From assembly GCA_045803545.1 (NCBI GenBank), contig JBJMOW010000006.1, positions 96,001 to 160,000 of the forward strand: DNA of 64,000 bases, written 5' to 3'. The notes below the pieces were generated by a model, which was not told the origin of the DNA, ran no database searches, and saw nothing but the letters and a program-made list of their open reading frames with translations. The number at the start of each line of letters is the position of its first letter. The stretch's first letter is position 1. This DNA is from Gemmatimonadaceae bacterium (GTDB taxonomy: Bacteria > Gemmatimonadota > Gemmatimonadetes > Gemmatimonadales > Gemmatimonadaceae). Positions 58,016 through 64,000 of the stretch are shown here, one piece after another. The translations under genes and the position numbers were made by a program.

Positions 58016-58230
58016 TCAACCTGAACCTTCCGCCCCGCGACGATCATCGACGCCCTGCAAAGAATTCACGTTTCCTGATCGTGGTCATCGTGGCGATGGC
58101 CACGGTCCTCTCACTTCAATACACGTCGCATCCGTTCTTCGGACCGGATAAGACCGCGACGCTCTGGGGAATGTTTGTAGGACTGTTTATTGGGGGATTT
58201 CTGTTTGGATGGCTTCGGAAGCCGTGGTAG
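58012..58230 (+). CDS. Small two-TM hypothetical protein
   Basis: ATGA overlap with the upstream gene; two hydrophobic helices. Confidence 0.6.
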   Translation: MINLNLPPRDDHRRPAKNSRFLIVVIVAMATVLSLQYTSHPFFGPDKTATLWGMFVGLFIGGFLFGWLRKPW

Positions 58231-58392
58231 CTGCGGGAGGACGGCGAACTGACCGAGAGGCTGCGGGAGGAGAGCTAACTGATTGCTGCGAACTGCGAGC
58301 TGGATGAGAGTTGCGGGCTAGTTGCGAGAAGAGGGCTGGTTGCGAGAAGAGGGCTGGTTGCGAGAAGAGGGCTGGTTGCGAGAAGTCAGCTG
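58227..58392. repeat. Left arm of a ~165-bp inverted repeat, with four 18-nt tandem units (GGTTGCGAGAAGAGGGCT-like)
   Basis: Near reverse complement of 58881-59045. Confidence 0.95.
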
Positions 58393-58466
58393 GTTGCCCG
58401 CGACGAACGATGCTACGGGGCGCAAAATGATGATGACAGGTGAATTCATTCCGCTATGCTGTCGGG

Positions 58467-58874
58467 GTGAGTCACTCAAAACCTGCTTACTCGTTCGACG
58501 ACAGCGACCCACTGTCGAAGATGCAGGCGGTACAAATCACGCGCGCCCTGCTTCCGGAATGCTGGGACGACGCGGAGAAGCTGGCGCATAACGAGCTGAC
58601 CAAGAATATCGGCGGACAATTGTATGCTGCGATGGGCTCGATTCTCGCTAATCTCGGTGAGGGTTACTCGAGAAGCTCCGGCCGTGACCGCGCAAAGATG
58701 TTTGAGTACGCGCTAGGCTCCGTCCGCGAGAGCATGATGTGGTACCGGAGCAGCGTCCGCATTCTCGGCCAGCAGACGATAGACAAGCGGCTCGACAAGC
58801 TGGAGCAGGTACGTCGGCTCTTACTAGCAACAATCCCGCGGGAACGGGATCGCGTAATCCGACCAAGACGGTAA
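58467..58874 (+). CDS. Four-helix-bundle protein (23S rRNA-IVP / bAvd-like family)
   Basis: QLYAAMGSILANLGEGYSR...FEYALGSVRE resembles the family pattern QL..A..SI..NIAEG..R...ARGS..E; start could be 58440, 58467 or 58521. Confidence 0.88.
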   Translation: MSHSKPAYSFDDSDPLSKMQAVQITRALLPECWDDAEKLAHNELTKNIGGQLYAAMGSILANLGEGYSRSSGRDRAKMFEYALGSVRESMMWYRSSVRILGQQTIDKRLDKLEQVRRLLLATIPRERDRVIRPRR

Positions 58875-58880
58875 AGTGCG

Positions 58881-59045
58881 CAGCTCTCTTCTCGCAACCA
58901 GCTCTCTTCTCGCAACCAGCCCTCTTCTCGCAGCCAGTTCTCTTCTCGCAGCTAGCCCGCAACTCTCATCCAGCTCGCAGTTCGCAGCAATTAGTTAGCT
59001 CTGCTCCCGCAGCGCAGCCGTCAGATAGGCTCCTCCCGCAGCTAC
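58881..59045. repeat. Right arm of the ~165-bp inverted repeat
   Basis: CTCTTCTCGCA(A/G)C units x4, ending CCTCCCGCAGCTAC. Confidence 0.95.
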
Positions 59046-60370
59046 ACGAGGGATTCGACGCCCTTAGCCGTAACCCGGTGCGAAACAAGAGGCAGTACTT
59101 TCGGCCTTCCCTCGCCAATCACGATTGCCTTCGCCAGAATCGATTCGCCCAGCTTCAGGTCGCTTTCGCTCCGCGCGTGAATTGTCCCCAGCGCATCGCC
59201 CTTGGTGACTCGCACTCCCGGCTTGGTGGTAATAACGAAGCCGACCGCAGGGTCGACGCTGTCTTCCATGTTGCGCCGTCCCCCGCCGAGGGCGATTACG
59301 CCGTAGCCAATCTCCCGCGGCTCGACACGCTGGACGACACCAGATACGGGAGCGAGGAAGTAAGCCTTGTGCGCTGCCTGCGGGAGGCGCTCCGGTTTGG
59401 CGACTACGGAGTCGTCGCCCCCCTGCGCGCGCACAATCTCCCTGAACTTCTCCAGAGCGCGCCCGCTCGTCATCGCATCGATCATCATCGCAGAGGCATC
59501 CTTGCTCGACTTCGCAATGCCTCCCAGCACCAGCATCTCTGCCCCCAGCGCCAGCGTCACTTCGACCAGATCGGCGGGGCCGGCCCCCTTCAGCACGTCG
59601 ATCGATTCGGCAACTTCGAGAGCGTTGCCGCAGGCGCAGCCGAGTGGACGATCCATCGCCGTCAACAGTGCGACGACCGGACAGTCGTGCGCGTCGCCAA
59701 GCTCGATCATCGCGTTGGCCAGCGCGATCTCCTGCTCCAGTTCCGGCATGAATGAGCCTGCCCCACGCTTGATGTCGAGGACAAGTCCCGTCAGTGACTC
59801 CGATATCTTCTTGCTCATGATGCTGGATGCGATCAGCGGGATGACTTCCACCGTCGCCGTTGCATCGCGGAGCGCGTAAAGTTTTCGATCGGCCGGGACG
59901 ATCTCCTCGGTCTGGCCGATCATTGCGCAGCCAATTCTTTCGACCTGGCGCTCCGTCTCGGCGAGCGAGAGCGAAGTGCGGAATCCGGGAATCGACTCGA
60001 GCTTGTCGAGGGTGCCGCCGGTATGGCCCAGCCCACGCCCTGACATCATCGGCACAGCGACGCCCAGCGACGCGATTAGCGGAGCCAGAATGAGTGAGGT
60101 CTTGTCGCCGACGCCACCGGTCGAGTGTTTGTCGATGCGCGGCTTTGCCAGATGAGCGAAATCGAGCCGCTTGCCGCTCGCCAGCATCGCATCCATCAAA
60201 GCGTTCATCTCGCTTCGATCGAGGCCGCGATAGTACACTGCCATCAGGAACGCAGCCATCTGATACTCGGGCACTTTGCCCTCGGAAAAGGCGATCACCA
60301 GCTCGTTGATCTCCTGGGGCTCGAGCCGGCCACCATTTCGTTTGCGCTCGATCAGACGGGGTACGATCAT
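59042..60370 (-). CDS. pdp: Thymidine/pyrimidine-nucleoside phosphorylase
   Basis: DKHSTGGVGDK, SGRGLGHTGGTLDKLESIPGF and SIMSKK. Confidence 0.95.
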   Translation of the reverse strand: MIVPRLIERKRNGGRLEPQEINELVIAFSEGKVPEYQMAAFLMAVYYRGLDRSEMNALMDAMLASGKRLDFAHLAKPRIDKHSTGGVGDKTSLILAPLIASLGVAVPMMSGRGLGHTGGTLDKLESIPGFRTSLSLAETERQVERIGCAMIGQTEEIVPADRKLYALRDATATVEVIPLIASSIMSKKISESLTGLVLDIKRGAGSFMPELEQEIALANAMIELGDAHDCPVVALLTAMDRPLGCACGNALEVAESIDVLKGAGPADLVEVTLALGAEMLVLGGIAKSSKDASAMMIDAMTSGRALEKFREIVRAQGGDDSVVAKPERLPQAAHKAYFLAPVSGVVQRVEPREIGYGVIALGGGRRNMEDSVDPAVGFVITTKPGVRVTKGDALGTIHARSESDLKLGESILAKAIVIGEGRPKVLPLVSHRVTAKGVESLV

Positions 60371-60427
60371 TTAGTGACCGACGGGGTAAACACCATGACC
60401 AACTTCAAACTCGTAATTGGAGCTCAT

Positions 60428-61192
60428 ATGCGCGTCGCCCACCTTGTCTCCGCAGGAATGTTGCTTGTTGCAGTTGGCGCGCGTGCCGGCGCCCAGTCGG
60501 CCGCCGACCACATTGCGCTCGGGGACAAAGAATACGTCGCGATGCACGCTCCCGCCGCCCTCGAGCATTACGAAGCGGCGTTAAAGGAAGATCCCAAGAG
60601 CTACGACGCCTTGTGGAAGGCGTCGCGATCGGCAGTCGATCTCGGTGAGTTCGAGAAGGACGACGCCAAGCGAGACGATTACTTCAAGCGGGGCGAGCTG
60701 TACGCGCGGCGGGCGGTTGAAGCCAATCCCAATGACGCCGAAGGGCATTTCAACCTCGCCCGGGCACTTGGCAGGAACGCGCTGACCCAGAGCCCGCGCG
60801 GTCGCGTGAAGTACGCTTCCGACGTACGAAATCATGCGCTCGAATGCCTGAAATTGAATCCGAAGCATGCGGGCTGCCTGCACGTCATGGGGATGTGGAA
60901 CGCCGAAGTCATGCGACTCAACGGCTTCACGCGAATGATCGCCAAAAACTTCCTTGGCGGAAAAGTCTTCAGCTCGGCGAGCTGGGACGAAGCAAAACGC
61001 TACATGGAGGAGTCGGTGGCGGCAGATCCTGAGCGGATCACCCACCGTGTCGACCTGGCGGGCGTTTATCGGGACACCGGCGACAAGGCTAAGGCGCGCG
61101 CCGAATGGCAGGCAGTGATGAAGCTGCCCAATCGCGACTACAACGACCGCTATTACAAGGGTGAAGCAGACTCGGGGCTAAGGTCGACCTGA
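60428..61192 (+). CDS. Secreted TPR protein
   Basis: Signal peptide; TPR-like helices. Confidence 0.8.
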   Translation: MRVAHLVSAGMLLVAVGARAGAQSAADHIALGDKEYVAMHAPAALEHYEAALKEDPKSYDALWKASRSAVDLGEFEKDDAKRDDYFKRGELYARRAVEANPNDAEGHFNLARALGRNALTQSPRGRVKYASDVRNHALECLKLNPKHAGCLHVMGMWNAEVMRLNGFTRMIAKNFLGGKVFSSASWDEAKRYMEESVAADPERITHRVDLAGVYRDTGDKAKARAEWQAVMKLPNRDYNDRYYKGEADSGLRST

Positions 61193-61494
61193 GTCGAGGC
61201 GAGATCGAGCTCCGCAGCCAGCTGTTCCCAGAGGTCGTCATCCTCCTGGCGTCTCACCTTGTTTGCAATGCGATGCCGGGTTTCTTCTCCGCTGGCCGGA
61301 GCGAGTAGCAGGGCAACCGACGCCCCGAGGATTGCACCGAGAGCTATACCAGTGGCGAACAACCCGATCGCACTCCAGTCCGGCACCATTTCAACCGGGG
61401 CATCGTCGGGGCGAGGCTGAGGGATCGACCCGGGTCGGGGTGCCTTTGGAATCGACGAGGTCAAAGGTTCAGAGGGGGTCGAAGTATCGAACAT
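61153..61494 (-). CDS. YtxH-domain protein
   Basis: GAILGASVALLLAPASGEETR. Confidence 0.85.
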   Translation of the reverse strand: MFDTSTPSEPLTSSIPKAPRPGSIPQPRPDDAPVEMVPDWSAIGLFATGIALGAILGASVALLLAPASGEETRHRIANKVRRQEDDDLWEQLAAELDLASTQVDLSPESASPL

Positions 61495-61563
61495 AGGCTA
61501 ACTCTAGGGATGGTAAGAAATTTGCCCTATACCGACCCAGCAATAGCCGTGCGAGGATACTGA

Positions 61564-61942
61564 ATGAGCAATTCAGGTAAAATGGTATTACTGGTAGAAG
61601 ACAACGAAGACAATCGAATCGTCTATTCCACCATCCTGAAGCATTTTGGGTACGAGGTCACCGAAGCATTAAACGGTGAAGAAGGGATTGCAAAGGCTCG
61701 ATCGGAAAAGCCCGATCTGATCCTGATGGATATCTCCATCCCGATCATTGATGGCTGGGAGGCGACGCAAGTGCTGAAGCACGATCCCTCAACCAAATCG
61801 ATCCCGATCATCGCGCTGACCGCGCACGCGCTCGCCTCTGACCGTGAGAAAGCGATGGAAGTCGGCTGCGACGGATACCTCGCCAAGCCATGCGAGCCTA
61901 GAGCCGTGGTCGCTGAAGTTCAACGCTTCCTCGGCAAAAACA

Positions 61943-61953
<11 letters not shown>
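61564..61953 (+). CDS. Single-domain response regulator (DivK-like)
   Basis: VLLVEDN, DLILMDI, IALTAHA and YLAKP. Confidence 0.92.

Positions 61954-64000
<2,047 letters not shown>

Noticed and set aside
58319..58392. 18-nt repeats as a CRISPR array
   Set aside because: Units are contiguous with no spacers, and there are no cas genes
58227..59045. IS element, DGR or true 23S rRNA IVS
   Set aside because: No transposase motifs, no reverse transcriptase or template/variable repeat pair, and the flanks are protein-coding genes
58322..59755. ORFs 58322..58591, 58664..58915 and 58739..59755
   Set aside because: Translations of the repeat arms or antisense shadows of pdp

Overview
GC-rich bacterial chromosomal segment; the gene content suggests Gemmatimonadota or a similar soil lineage (inference). 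It holds about 57 CDS: a ClC transporter, the NHEJ pair ligD and ku, an ECF42-type sigma/YCII operon, a UvrD-DnaQ fusion, ppk2, ppc, two paralogous orphan histidine kinases, GH18 and GH3 hydrolases, two tandem BlaI/BlaR1(M56) cassettes, a pyrimidine-nucleoside phosphorylase, a response regulator plus diguanylate cyclase, and a 3'-truncated ligA. I saw no rRNA, tRNA, CRISPR array or transposase. The most striking feature is a four-helix-bundle (23S-IVP/bAvd-like) gene enclosed by ~165-bp inverted arms. The core mismatches between the arms are mostly G-U wobbles on the gene's sense strand, and the arm ends contain the stop codons of both convergent neighbours. Four ORF-less long hairpins with 7-nt-periodic arms lie elsewhere in the window, two of them homologous to each other. 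Also notable are three TGTCGA-N17-CGTC ECF42-like promoters, one upstream of ku, and distinct tandem operators for the two BlaI paralogs. All calls come from reading motifs by eye; no searches were run.
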